Below are positions 12,415 to 22,119 of a DNA stretch of 26,266 nucleotides, piece by piece (positions within the stretch are counted from its first letter, which is position 1; each line of letters begins with the position of its first letter). Below the pieces are notes generated by a model that searched no databases, was not told the origin of the DNA, and worked only from the letters and a program-made list of their open reading frames with translations. This DNA comes from Ginkgo biloba (taxonomy: Eukaryota > Plantae > Ginkgophyta): assembly GCA_024626585.2 (NCBI GenBank), contig JANKJI020000002.1, forward strand, positions 235,066,854 to 235,093,119. Direction: 5' to 3'. The translations under genes were made by a program, and so were the position numbers.

Positions 12415-14079
12415 NNNNNNNNNNNNNNNNNNNNNNNNNNNNNNNNNNNNNNNNNNNNNNNNNNNNNNNNNNNNNNNNNNNNNNNNNNNNNNNNNNNNNN
12501 NNNNNNNNNNNNNNNNNNNNNNNNNNNNNNNNNNNNNNNNNNNNNNNNNNNNNNNNNNNNNNNNNNNNNNNNNNNNNNNNNNNNNNNNNNNNNNNNNNNN
12601 NNNNNNNNNNNNNNNNNNNNNNNNNNNNNNNNNNNNNNNNNNNNNNNNNNNNNNNNNNNNNNNNNNNNNNNNNNNNNNNNNNNNNNNNNNNNNNNNNNNN
12701 NNNNNNNNNNNNNNNNNNNNNNNNNNNNNNNNNNNNNNNNNNNNNNNNNNNNNNNNNNNNNNNNNNNNNNNNNNNNNNNNNNNNNNNNNNNNNNNNNNNN
12801 NNNNNNNNNNNNNNNNNNNNNNNNNNNNNNNNNNNNNNNNNNNNNNNNNNNNNNNNNNNNNNNNNNNNNNNNNNNNNNNNNNNNNNNNNNNNNNNNNNNN
12901 NNNNNNNNNNNNNNNNNNNNNNNNNNNNNNNNNNNNNNNNNNNNNNNNNNNNNNNNNNNNNNNNNNNNNNNNNNNNNNNNNNNNNNNNNNNNNNNNNNNN
13001 NNNNNNNNNNNNNNNNNNNNNNNNNNNNNNNNNNNNNNNNNNNNNNNNNNNNNNNNNNNNNNNNNNNNNNNNNNNNNNNNNNNNNNNNNNNNNNNNNNNN
13101 NNNNNNNNNNNNNNNNNNNNNNNNNNNNNNNNNNNNNNNNNNNNNNNNNNNNNNNNNNNNNNNNNNNNNNNNNNNNNNNNNNNNNNNNNNNNNNNNNNNN
13201 NNNNNNNNNNNNNNAATAAAATTTGAATTTTTTATATTTTCTTTCAACAAAAATGCTTTAGTTTGGTGGAATTAATTTACAAATAAAGAGAATAAACATA
13301 TCAAGTTCACATATCAAAATGGGGTGATTTGGTGGCACTACTATGGAAAAATTCCAATAGGATGGTTATATTATAATACTACTTAGTGAAACCATTTAAG
13401 GAAAATAGAAAGCTAAAGAGTAGTTGATTACACTATTAAAATTATTCCTTAGTTATTATATTGGAGACTTGAGACATAAAGAGGTCAAATATATTAAACT
13501 ATAATAAAATATTATTTAAGCACATATAAACATAAGTGGAATTCTTTCATATTGACACTATTGTTGATGCATATAGGTACATGCTCAAAATTCAAGAGAA
13601 GACAAAGGGTAAATCATTAGTTAAGAACCATCCTCATGTAGGAAATAAGTAAATGAAAATTGATGAAGCTATGGTAAGTACAAATATATTTTTTTAAATT
13701 ACTTTTATAAATATAAGAGTAATAAAAATGTATAAAAATAATATTTTATTCCACTAAAATAATATCAATCCAACATTAAATAGATTGAAAAATAGTAAGG
13801 CACCCAAAATATTGGTCCTTAATAAGCTAATGGGAAAATGATTTGGTGGACAAATAAATTTGAGGATGAGAAGACAAACTAATGAGTGAACAAATTAATA
13901 AGTGAAAGGTTGGCAATTGGTTAATCATTCTTATAACTAGTTAGGTAGAAAATGAGTAGAAGGCAAACATCAAAGTCTACCTTGTCCACCTCCAGTTGGA
14001 TGATCTACACCTTTGATTTCCATCTTCATGTTATTTTCCCATTGTTTTATGGGAGTAGAACTCTCCTCTCTTGAGAAGT

Positions 14080-15076
14080 TCTCCTTTATTATCCATTTGA
14101 TCAACAAGTTGATTAGATTCTTTGAAAATATGGGAGATTTTCCACTCTTTAAAGTGCTTGAGTAGTTTGAGAGATTCCTCTATTAAGTTTGCTAAAATTT
14201 AATTGTCCAAATTCTATTTTCCATTTATGCAGGCCATTACCAATATTGAATCATCTTTTATGCTTATGGATTTTATCCCATTATCTAGAACTAACTCAAT
14301 ACCTATCCCTCTNNNNNNNNNNNNNNNNNNNNTGACTAGTCCCAAGCCTTCTACATATTCTAATTACTACTATTAGTGAGAGTGAAAAATCACTCCCTTT
14401 CCTCCCATAGTCCCAGGGTTACTTTTGGCATCTCCATTAAAAAATAGTAAAGGTGATATTTTGAATTCTTGAGTTGTAGTTATTTTCCTTGCTTTTGGTT
14501 TTTCAATGGTTATCTTGAGGTCAAAATATTTAAAGAGTATTATTGAGGAAGAATACAATGGGCCATATGAGATTAAGACTTAGGGATCTTGGGATGAGAT
14601 TTGTTCCTTTATTCTTTTAGTGATGTAAATCCATAAGGTAGGGTACATCACTTGTTAGTTCCTGAAGGATATATCATTTTGTGTTATCTATAAATGCCTC
14701 ATGATACACTAAGGTGTGAACTACCATAGTTATTTTATGATCACGTGCTTCTCCTTTAGGTGATCCTCTAGAAGTGTAAATAGATCCTTGACTAAGGTTG
14801 GAAGAAGGATATTTAATCTTAAAAGCATGCATAATTTTGACCATACCTCTTGAGATACTCTTCGTAGCAATAAAAGATCATGTATTGATTCCTTATCAAA
14901 ATTACACATATAGCAGATGTTGGGTCCTTGAAGTTCTCTCCTTTTTAGGTTATCCATGGTGAGTATAGACCAATGAGACACCATCCATAGTAATATTTTA
15001 AATTTGGGAATCAAGGGTGATTGTCAAATTCATACCAAATACTTATCATCTAGATTTGCATCTTGGTATTCTAAAT
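14080..15076 (-). mobile_element. L1-clade LINE ORF2 3' end: zf-RVT zinc-binding domain and RNase H, pseudogenised
   Basis: IPKFKILLWMVSHWSILTMDNLKRRELQGPNICYMCNFDKESIHDLL (zf-RVT), LFFNGDAKSNPGTMGGKGVI (cf. FDGA-x-KGNPG-x-AG-x-GGVI), then GIKSISIKDDSILV and LLKHFKEWKISHIF (plant RNase H C-terminal motifs). Confidence 0.85.
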
Positions 15077-15176
15077 NNNNNNNNNNNNNNNNNNNNNNNN
15101 NNNNNNNNNNNNNNNNNNNNNNNNNNNNNNNNNNNNNNNNNNNNNNNNNNNNNNNNNNNNNNNNNNNNNNNNNNNN

Positions 15177-15200
15177 GTATGTATGTATGTATGTATGTAT
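15177..15200. repeat. (GTAT)6 microsatellite abutting an assembly gap
   Basis: Directly visible; it may continue into the gap. Confidence 0.95.
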
Positions 15201-15746
15201 ACATATCTATACTCTATATCTAAGAGAATTGGAATGTACATCCATCCATCTATAAACTATATTTAATAAAAATTTGAATTCCATCACTTATATATCTATG
15301 TTATATATATAAAAATATAATGACCCATATATACGCCTATTCATTTAAAATTTTAAATAGAATTAAAAATATTAAAATATAACTTTAATTTATTATAGTT
15401 AATTTTTTCGCTTTGAAATTGGTGATGCCAATGTCGGTTATATTTCCATTGGTTGTGTTACATCTCGAAGATATATAAAGGAATGATAGTGATAGGGTAA
15501 ATCAAATAATCTAATTAAGCTGGCAACATTCGTCGGATAGTTTATAGGAAGAGGCTTACCAAACGTCTTGTTCAAAATAAATAAATATGAATTCAAAGTA
15601 GGTATTACATGAACCAAGCCGTATAGAAGGAGCAGTTGAATTAGTGTTGTAGAAATTGGTGTGGGTGAATTGCCTTATAATTGTAGGTTTAGGTCCTTCA
15701 AGGTTTTCCACAATAGCCTACTCGCAAGAGAAAGGAGTTACAAGCA

Positions 15747-16067
15747 TCATACTAGAAAGGGATTCCCTTTAGTAGGTAAGAATTTACGATAGATTAAATC
15801 TTCATTTACTGAGACAATATTATCTTGGAACCAAAATATTCCCCTTTCAAAGTGATGAAGCATCTCTACCAATGTGGGGGAGGGAAGATATATTACAGGT
15901 GCCCCAGCATATTCCACCACCTTTGCCTGTTGCAAAGCCACAAATTCTAGACAATGTTGCTTCACCGAGTGTTGTAAATTGTTGCCATTCCTTTGTGTAA
16001 TGGCCCAAATGATCCTCATTACCTTCTGCCACTCAAAACAATATGCTCGCCATCTCGACTTGAACAC
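15747..16067 (-). pseudogene. Possible retrotransposon accessory-ORF remnant (106 codons open)
   Basis: Open frame FKSRWRAYCF...MLHHFERGIFWFQDNIVSVNEDLIYRKFLPTKGNP. The FW...V-x-V-x-x-x-LI...LP-x-x-G-x-P pattern recalls accessory ORFs of plant LTR elements. Family not firmly recognised. Confidence 0.35.
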
Positions 16068-16452
16068 AACTTAACTTAAAAAACACTTGAGCCAATTCTT
16101 TTTTAGTAAAGATATCTTCATTAATGTGATTTATTAGAGTAGACAACTTGAACTTTCAAGAATGGAAAGAACTTTAGGAAGATCACTAGCACCTTGAGAC
16201 AAGAATGTCCATATGCAGAGAAGAAAAGAAAGAGGTAAGCTTTTTAGAAATGCACAAGACTCTACATCTAAAATATTTATAGAGCATATGGCGGACNNNN
16301 NNNNNNNNNNNNNNNNNNNNNNNNNNNNNNNNNNNNNNNNNNNNNNNNNNNNNNNNNNNNNNNNNNNNNNNNNNNNNNNNNNNNNNNNNNNNNNNNGATA
16401 ATCTATTCAATCTGATTGATAAAACAAAGATAAAAAAGAGTAAGATTATAAT

Positions 16453-16702
16453 CTTGATCAAGTATTTTGGAGTTTAGTTAACTTACATTAACTAGTATAT
16501 TTTCTCCAAATGAGATTGAGAGGATAAAGCGAAAGTAGTAGATTCAACACTCAAAGCAATAAATGAAATAATGATCCATGGGTTGAAATATGGTCTCAAG
16601 CTTCAATGATAGNNNNNNNNNNNNNNNNNNNNNNNNNNNNNNNNNNNNNNNCTAGTAGTACAAGTGGTGAGCCAAATGTTAACATTTGGTTTAATAATCT
16701 AG
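16453..16702 (+). pseudogene. Copy C: 3' part of the A3-protease fusion ORF, inverted relative to copies A and B
   Basis: Reads LDQVFWSLVN...SESSRFNTQSNK*NNDPWVEIWSQASM [39 N] SSTSGEPNVNIWFNNL, homologous to copy A GDQVNHFWKFLN...SSSRFNT*RSEQSIDPWVERWPQAS...TTSDEPFVNFWINNL. Confidence 0.8.
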
Positions 16703-16989
16703 AAGTGAGGTCTTATCCATACAAGTGGCATTCCACTTATGAGAATAATGTCTATCACTTTCACATATCATACTGGTTATAGACAAGTGTCTATACCTTT
16801 ATTACATCAAACCATAGTGCAACACTTTTAAATATATTTACAAGATACATATTTGTTAAACCTGTGGGTATGGACCCACCTATCTTTTGCTAATGTCTTT
16901 ATTCTATGCTTAATTGGTTATTTAGATAACCAACCATAACAAAATCAATCCCTTTGAGAGTGATTAAGTATATTATCCTATTCATTAGA

Positions 16990-18130
16990 TTAATATTTAT
17001 CAAGATCATCTTCATCAACATATCCTAGATTATTAATCCAAAAGTTAACAAATGGTTCATCACTTGTAGTGTTATAACTACTACTTTATGGACAAATCCA
17101 ACCATCATGTTGTCAATCTTTAACTGAAGCTTGAGGCCATCTTTCAACCCATGGATCAATACTCTGTTCACTTCTCTAAGTGTTGAATCTGCTACTGCTA
17201 CTACTTATTGACATAATTCTATTTTTTGAACTTTCTTCATCATTATTTAGAAATTTCCAAAAATGATTCACTTGATCTCCTAACATTAATATATGGATCT
17301 AATGATTAGTAACATTGTTAATAATAACCCTGGAAATATTTTCAAAGATGATTTTATGGATATATCAAAAATAAGTTGTTTCAACAAGTTNNNNNNNNNN
17401 NNNNNNNNNNNNNNNNNNNNNNNNNNNNNNNNNNNNNNGCAGATAGTATGATTTGCTTGTCTAAATTGAGGACTCCTCCCATTGTAATAGAATTATAATC
17501 TACTAACCAATGTAGACCATAATAGAATTTTAATAAATAGATATTCCTTAAAATTCCATTCTACAAATACATCTACTAGTAACATCATTGATTTAGGATT
17601 TTTAATAGAACACATGACCTAGATCACCATACTTATCAGAACTCATCCTTCTCCATNNNNNNNNNNNNNNNNNNNNNNNNNNNNNNNNNNNNNNNNNNNN
17701 NNNNNNNNNNNNNTAAACAAATAAGTCAAATAATAAAACCATAATTCAATTATGCTTGTAAGTAAGAACCTCTTTTTGAGGGGGAGTGGAATATCATACC
17801 ATGAAGTCTCTATCTCATTAGATTTCATCATGTAATAATGGGTGTCTGTCTCAAAACCATCCCTATGGACATTGTCAAGGATATCATGAGTTTCTACAGA
17901 TTTTTGTTTACTCTTTATATAGAATGATTAGAGATCCTCCAACTAGTCTTCTTCTTTCCCTTTTTGTCTATTGTAGTAGGATCATCGTAGATCTTCTATC
18001 CATACTACTTGATTATTCTTCCTAGGGTTATTTTGAATAAATATAGCTCTTGGAATATTTGTATTATTCATATGGATATAATCTCTACCAAATTCCAAGG
18101 GATCATATTTATCCAGAAATGGCATACCAA
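16990..18130 (-). pseudogene. Copy A: decayed ORF, C-terminal end of a caulimovirid-type protease plus unknown domain
   Basis: Colinear with 19033-20158. Reads GMPFLDKYDPLEFGRDYIHMN...DILDNVHRDGFETDTHYYMM...SWYDIP...DKYGDLGHVF...MMLLVDVFVEWNFKEYLF...FWINNLGYVDEDDLDKY*. Homology to copy B stops at 18130. Confidence 0.8.
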
Positions 18131-18412
18131 GCCTCCAAGGGTGTGGTGTAATAGTTGTAGCTTTGGGTTGATACCCACCATACTGAGGTTTCATTCCCCT
18201 CATTTCACCCCCCTGAGGCATGGGGGAATCATAGTGAGGTATGGGGNNNNNNNNNNNNNNNNNNNNNNNNNNNNNNNNNNNNNNNNNNNNNNNNNNNNNN
18301 NNNNNNNNNNNNNNNNNNNNNNNNNNNNNNNNNNNNNNNNNNNNNNCATTATGTGTGGGATGTCAATTCCTTACCCTAAGATGTGATGCATACCTTTCCC
18401 CAAGTAAATATT

Positions 18413-18421
18413 AATGGGGGG
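18413..18421 (+). other. Polypurine tract (PPT) of an LTR retrotransposon
   Basis: aatgggggg immediately precedes TGTTAG. It is preceded by IMCGMSIPYPKM*, which may be the end of a Copia RNase H. Confidence 0.7.
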
Positions 18422-18980
18422 TGTTAGAATGATTAATATTTACTTATTTAAATATTGTGGACACCTTTAGTAAACAACATGTGGCTTCATTCAATTTCAA
18501 GTGTTGAGATATAAGTATCCCACACTCATGTTGAATTATGAGAAAGCCCTACCTCTACAAATATAAATAGAGGTGTATAGAGGCATATGAAAGAGATGAA
18601 GGATAAAATCATGATCAAGAGACAATTGATCCATTACTAATGATGTTGAGATTATTATCATGAGAGATTGATAGATATATTGAGAAGATACATACCATAT
18701 TATGTGATATAAGAGATTGTCAAAGAGGATACATATCATATTGTGTGATATGAGATCAAGATTGAAAATAATAAAGGATTATTTATTGGTGGAGTTTTCT
18801 ACCCTATGAGGGTTTCTCCACATAAATATGTGTCTATCTCTTTCTTTGACTTATTGTGATTCTTTCATGTANNNNNNNNNNNNNNNNNNNNNNNNNNNNN
18901 NNNNNNNNNNNNNNNNNNNNNNNNNNNNNNNNNNNTTCTCACATGCTATCAAAGCCATAGTTTCTTCTATAATTTTATCA
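18422..18980 (+). mobile_element. Long terminal repeat (about 560 bp including a 64-N gap), Copia-like
   Basis: Begins TGTTAGAAT and ends ATTTTATCA (imperfect terminal inverted repeat). Contains a TATA-like cctctacaaatataaatagagg (18552-18573) and a U5-like ggagttttctaccctatgagggtttctccac. Flanked by a PPT and a PBS. Confidence 0.8.
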
Positions 18981-19035
18981 TGGTATCAGAGAATTATAAT
19001 TTTAACATGGTATAAGAGAAATTATAATTTTATCA
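18968..19035. repeat. 27-28 bp tandem repeat of LTR end plus PBS (2.5 copies)
   Basis: tataattttatca-tggtatcagag-aat / tataattttaaca-tggtataagag-aaat / tataattttatca. Confidence 0.9.
18981..18991 (+). promoter_or_regulatory. Primer binding site complementary to initiator tRNA-Met
   Basis: TGGTATCAGAG directly after the LTR-terminal CA; this is the standard plant tRNAiMet PBS (TGGTATCAGAGC). Confidence 0.85.
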
Positions 19036-20520
19036 AGATTTATCATTATCAAAATCATCTTCATCAACATCTTTTGGATTATTAATCCAAAATTTAATGA
19101 CTAGCTCCTCACTTATACTACTAGAATTGCTACTTGACGGATAGATCCAACCATCGTATTTTTGATATGTCATTGAAGCTTAAGACTATATTTCAATCCA
19201 TGGATTAATACTTCATTCACTAATCTAAGTGTTGAATTTTCTACTACTACTTCTTATTGAGATACTTCTATTCCCTGAGCTTTCTTTATCATTATTTGGA
19301 AAATTCCAAAAATGATCTACTTGATGTCTTAACATTAAAATTTGGATTTTATGATTACTAAAATTATTAGTAATAACTTTGGACAGATTTTCAAATATGA
19401 TTTTATGGATATATCAAAAATAATTTGTTCCAACAAGTTCATACAATAACAACATCAACCATTATGATTTGAAGAAGATAATAAGATTTCTTGTCCAAAT
19501 TGAGGACTCCTTCAATTATAACATAATTCCAATCTACTAACCAATGTAGACCATAACTAAATTTTAAAAAATAGATAGTCCTTAAAATTCCATTCAGCAA
19601 ATACATCTACTAGTAACATCATCAATTTAGGATTTTCAATAATAAACACATGACCTGAATCACCATACTTATCATAACTTATTTTTATCCATATTTATTC
19701 CAATTGCCTTGTAATGGTGATTCTTATTTCATAATCTGCATCTTTAAACAAAGAGGTCAAATGATAAAACCATAATTTAATTCTACTTAGAAGTAAGAAC
19801 CCCATTCTAAGGGAGACTGGAAGATCGTACCATGAATTTTCTGTCTCCTCAGAAGTCATCATGTAACAATGGGTGTTTGTATCAAAACCATCCTTATGGA
19901 CATTGTCAAGGATATCTTGAGTTTATGCGTTTTTCTATTTTCCATTTATATAGAATGATTGGAGATCCTCCAACCATTCTTTTTCTTTTTCTTTCTTTCT
20001 GTCATAATAGGATTGCAGATCTTTGATCCATACTATCTAACTATTCTTCCTAGGGTTAGTTTGAATAAACCCAACTCTTGGAATCCTTTCATTATTCATC
20101 CAGATATAATCTCTTCCAAATTCCAAGGGACCGTATTTATCCAAAAATGGCATACCAATTAGAAAATCTATACTACTTTTGTCAAACTGATAAATATCTA
20201 TATTACACTCTAAGTTACCTATATTTATACAAAACTTGGGATCATACTTCATAATATAGAATTGTTGTCCACTGATGCCTCTCCTAGATTCTACTGGTAA
20301 TGCTTTTGACTTTACCAAAGTAGCATTGATATTAATATCAATGTATGCATATAGGTTGTATAATTTATATTCTTCTAGAATCAATGTGACTTTGATATAC
20401 ACACTACTATTCACACTCAGTACATTATTAATGTATGTTCTATCTTTAGCAAAAGAAAAGTGAATAGGAATTTAATAATTGAACTACTATTAGTCTCTGA
20501 CTTTGGAAACTTAATATGTA
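19033..20520 (-). pseudogene. Copy B: decayed ORF encoding a Caulimoviridae-type (peptidase A3) aspartic protease fused to an unknown region of about 350 aa
   Basis: NSSVYIKVTLILEEYKLYNLYAYIDININATLVKSKALP...IYQFDKSSIDFLIGMPFLDKYGP aligns by eye with caulimovirid proteases (NSIYIK...L-x-x-x-VDTGA...YQ-x-x-x-x-IDFIIG, LLGMPFL). The frame continues through scattered stops and at least one frameshift to ...FWINNPKDVDEDDFDNDKS** with no RT motifs. Confidence 0.75.
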
Positions 20521-20537
20521 TATATAGCTTATTTACA

Positions 20538-20650
20538 ATGGTCTACTTCAATTATGCTTTAATGTATAATATATTAATTATTTATGGTCTACTTTAATTA
20601 TGCTTTAATGCATAATGTATAGAAACAAATTACGCTTTAATGTATAATGT
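20538..20650. repeat. Short direct repeats at the junction with Copia pol
   Basis: atggtctacttcaattatgctttaatgtataat (20538-20570), atggtctactttaattatgctttaatgcataat (20584-20616) and aattacgctttaatgtataat (20628-20648). Confidence 0.9.
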
Positions 20651-21796
20651 ACTAAGCATGTATGAACTAGTGTCATTCAAAGAAGCTAAAGATTCAATTC
20701 AAAGGCAAAAATCCATGAAGGATGAGTAAGACTCTATCCTTAAGAATGACACTCACGATTTTCTTGAAGTGCCTTCAAATAAAAAGACCATTAGTTGCAA
20801 ATGGATTTACAAAGTTAAGTATTGATCTAATGGTTATATTGATAGGTACAAAGCTTGACTTGTGGCCAAAGGTTATGCTCAAGTTGCAGGTGTTGATTTT
20901 AAGCAAACATTTGCACCTATGGAAAATATGCCAACTATCCAAATGTTGATTAATCTTACATCTCAATTTGGATGGGAACTTCACCAAATGGATGTTAAGA
21001 GTGCTTTTCTTCACAACATTCTTTATGAGGAGGTCTACATGGAGTTGCTCAAAGGTTCTATCTAAGTTAGAAAGGAGCATCTTATCTACAAGTTGAAGAA
21101 ATATCTATATGGCCTCAAGCAAGCACCAAGGGTGTGGTATTCATGCATTGATGATTACTTCATTTCTTATAAATTCACTAGATGTGAATTTGGCCATAGC
21201 TTGTATGTAAAATATGAGGATGGTGAAATACTTGTAATTGTATTATATGTTGATGATCTCATCATTACAGGTAGTGACACTTCAAAAACCAACTCTCTCA
21301 AAAAGCAACTTTATAAATCTTTTAAGATGTCTCATCTTGGTCTTATGCACTATTATCTTGGGATGAAAATTTGACAAAAGAGTGATAACATCTTTGTATC
21401 TCAATCTAAATATGCATATAGTCTATTGTGACATTTTCATATGGAGGATGTTAATCCTATGGCTACTCCTATGGAAGTAGGTGTCAAACTAACTAAGGAT
21501 GCAAATGGTAGAATTATTGATGCTACATTATATAGATAGTTAGTGAGAAATCTAATTTATTTGACTACCACTAGTCCTAACATTAATTATGTTGTTGGTG
21601 GTGTGTCTTGATTTATGAGTGCCCCATCCATCTCTCATTAGAAATTTGCAAAGATTATACTCAGATATGTGAAAGGCATTATCATATTTGGACTCTTGTT
21701 CTCTACTTATGATGAGTTTAAACTAAGAGGCTTCATAAATTTAGATTGGGATGGAGACATTAATGAGAGAAAATCTACATTAGGATATATTTTTAT
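20628..21796 (+). mobile_element. Ty1/Copia reverse transcriptase and start of RNase H, pseudogenised
   Basis: NYALMYNVLSMYELVSFKEAK...CKWIYKVK...YKA*LVAKGYAQVAGVDF...HQMDVKSAFL...LYGLKQAPRVWY...LYVDDLIITG...LRGFINLDWDGDINERKSTLGYIF, with many in-frame stops. Confidence 0.95.
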
Positions 21797-21969
21797 NNNN
21801 NNNNNNNNNNNNNNNNNNNNNNNNNNNNNNNNNNNNNNNNNNNNNNNNNNNNNNNNNNNNNNNNNNNNNNNNNNNNNNNNNNNNNNNNNNNNNNNNGAAG
21901 GAGAAAAAGGTAAAAGAGATATTTCACCCTAGATTGATTCAAGTATTGATTACTTTTTGTTTGAATGCA

Positions 21970-22119
21970 CCAACGGTGTCAGGAGTTCAAGTCAACACTT
22001 TACCTGCATCTCAATTGCAAGTAAATGTGCCCCTTGTTCCACAACTGTAGAGGAGTGAGCTACTTGCACCTTAAGTGCAAGTAGGCACCTCAGATGCACT
22101 ACAAATGCAAGTACTAAGA
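21970..22119 (+). repeat. Degenerate 30-nt (10-codon) tandem repeat, five units
   Basis: Units at 21970, 22000, 22030, 22060 and 22090 translate as PTVSGVQVNT / LPASQLQVNV / PLVPQL*RSE / LLAP*VQVGT / SDALQMQVLR. Confidence 0.6.

Noticed and set aside
1781-13250. Long ORFs in the track at 1781-2566, 12371-13219 and 12405-13250 (and other X-rich ORFs)
   Set aside because: They consist almost entirely of N gaps.
16212-16240. Strong donor-like GAG|GTAAGC after an acceptor-like tgcag
   Set aside because: It would define a 16-nt exon with no coding or transcript support; such motifs are expected by chance.
18968-19035. CRISPR-like repeat array
   Set aside because: There are no unique spacers, the context is eukaryotic, and the repeat is explained by LTR end plus PBS.
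16990-20158. Copies A and B as an allelic or assembly duplicate, or as a proven tandem array
   Set aside because: They differ at many positions and have different flanks, so they are not alleles. Their adjacency crosses a 100-N gap, so a tandem arrangement is unproven.
16990-20520. A complete endogenous caulimovirid genome
   Set aside because: No movement protein, coat protein or caulimovirid RT/RNase H is visible. The adjacent RT is Copia-type and on the other strand. The tRNA-Met PBS follows an LTR end and is antisense to the ORF.
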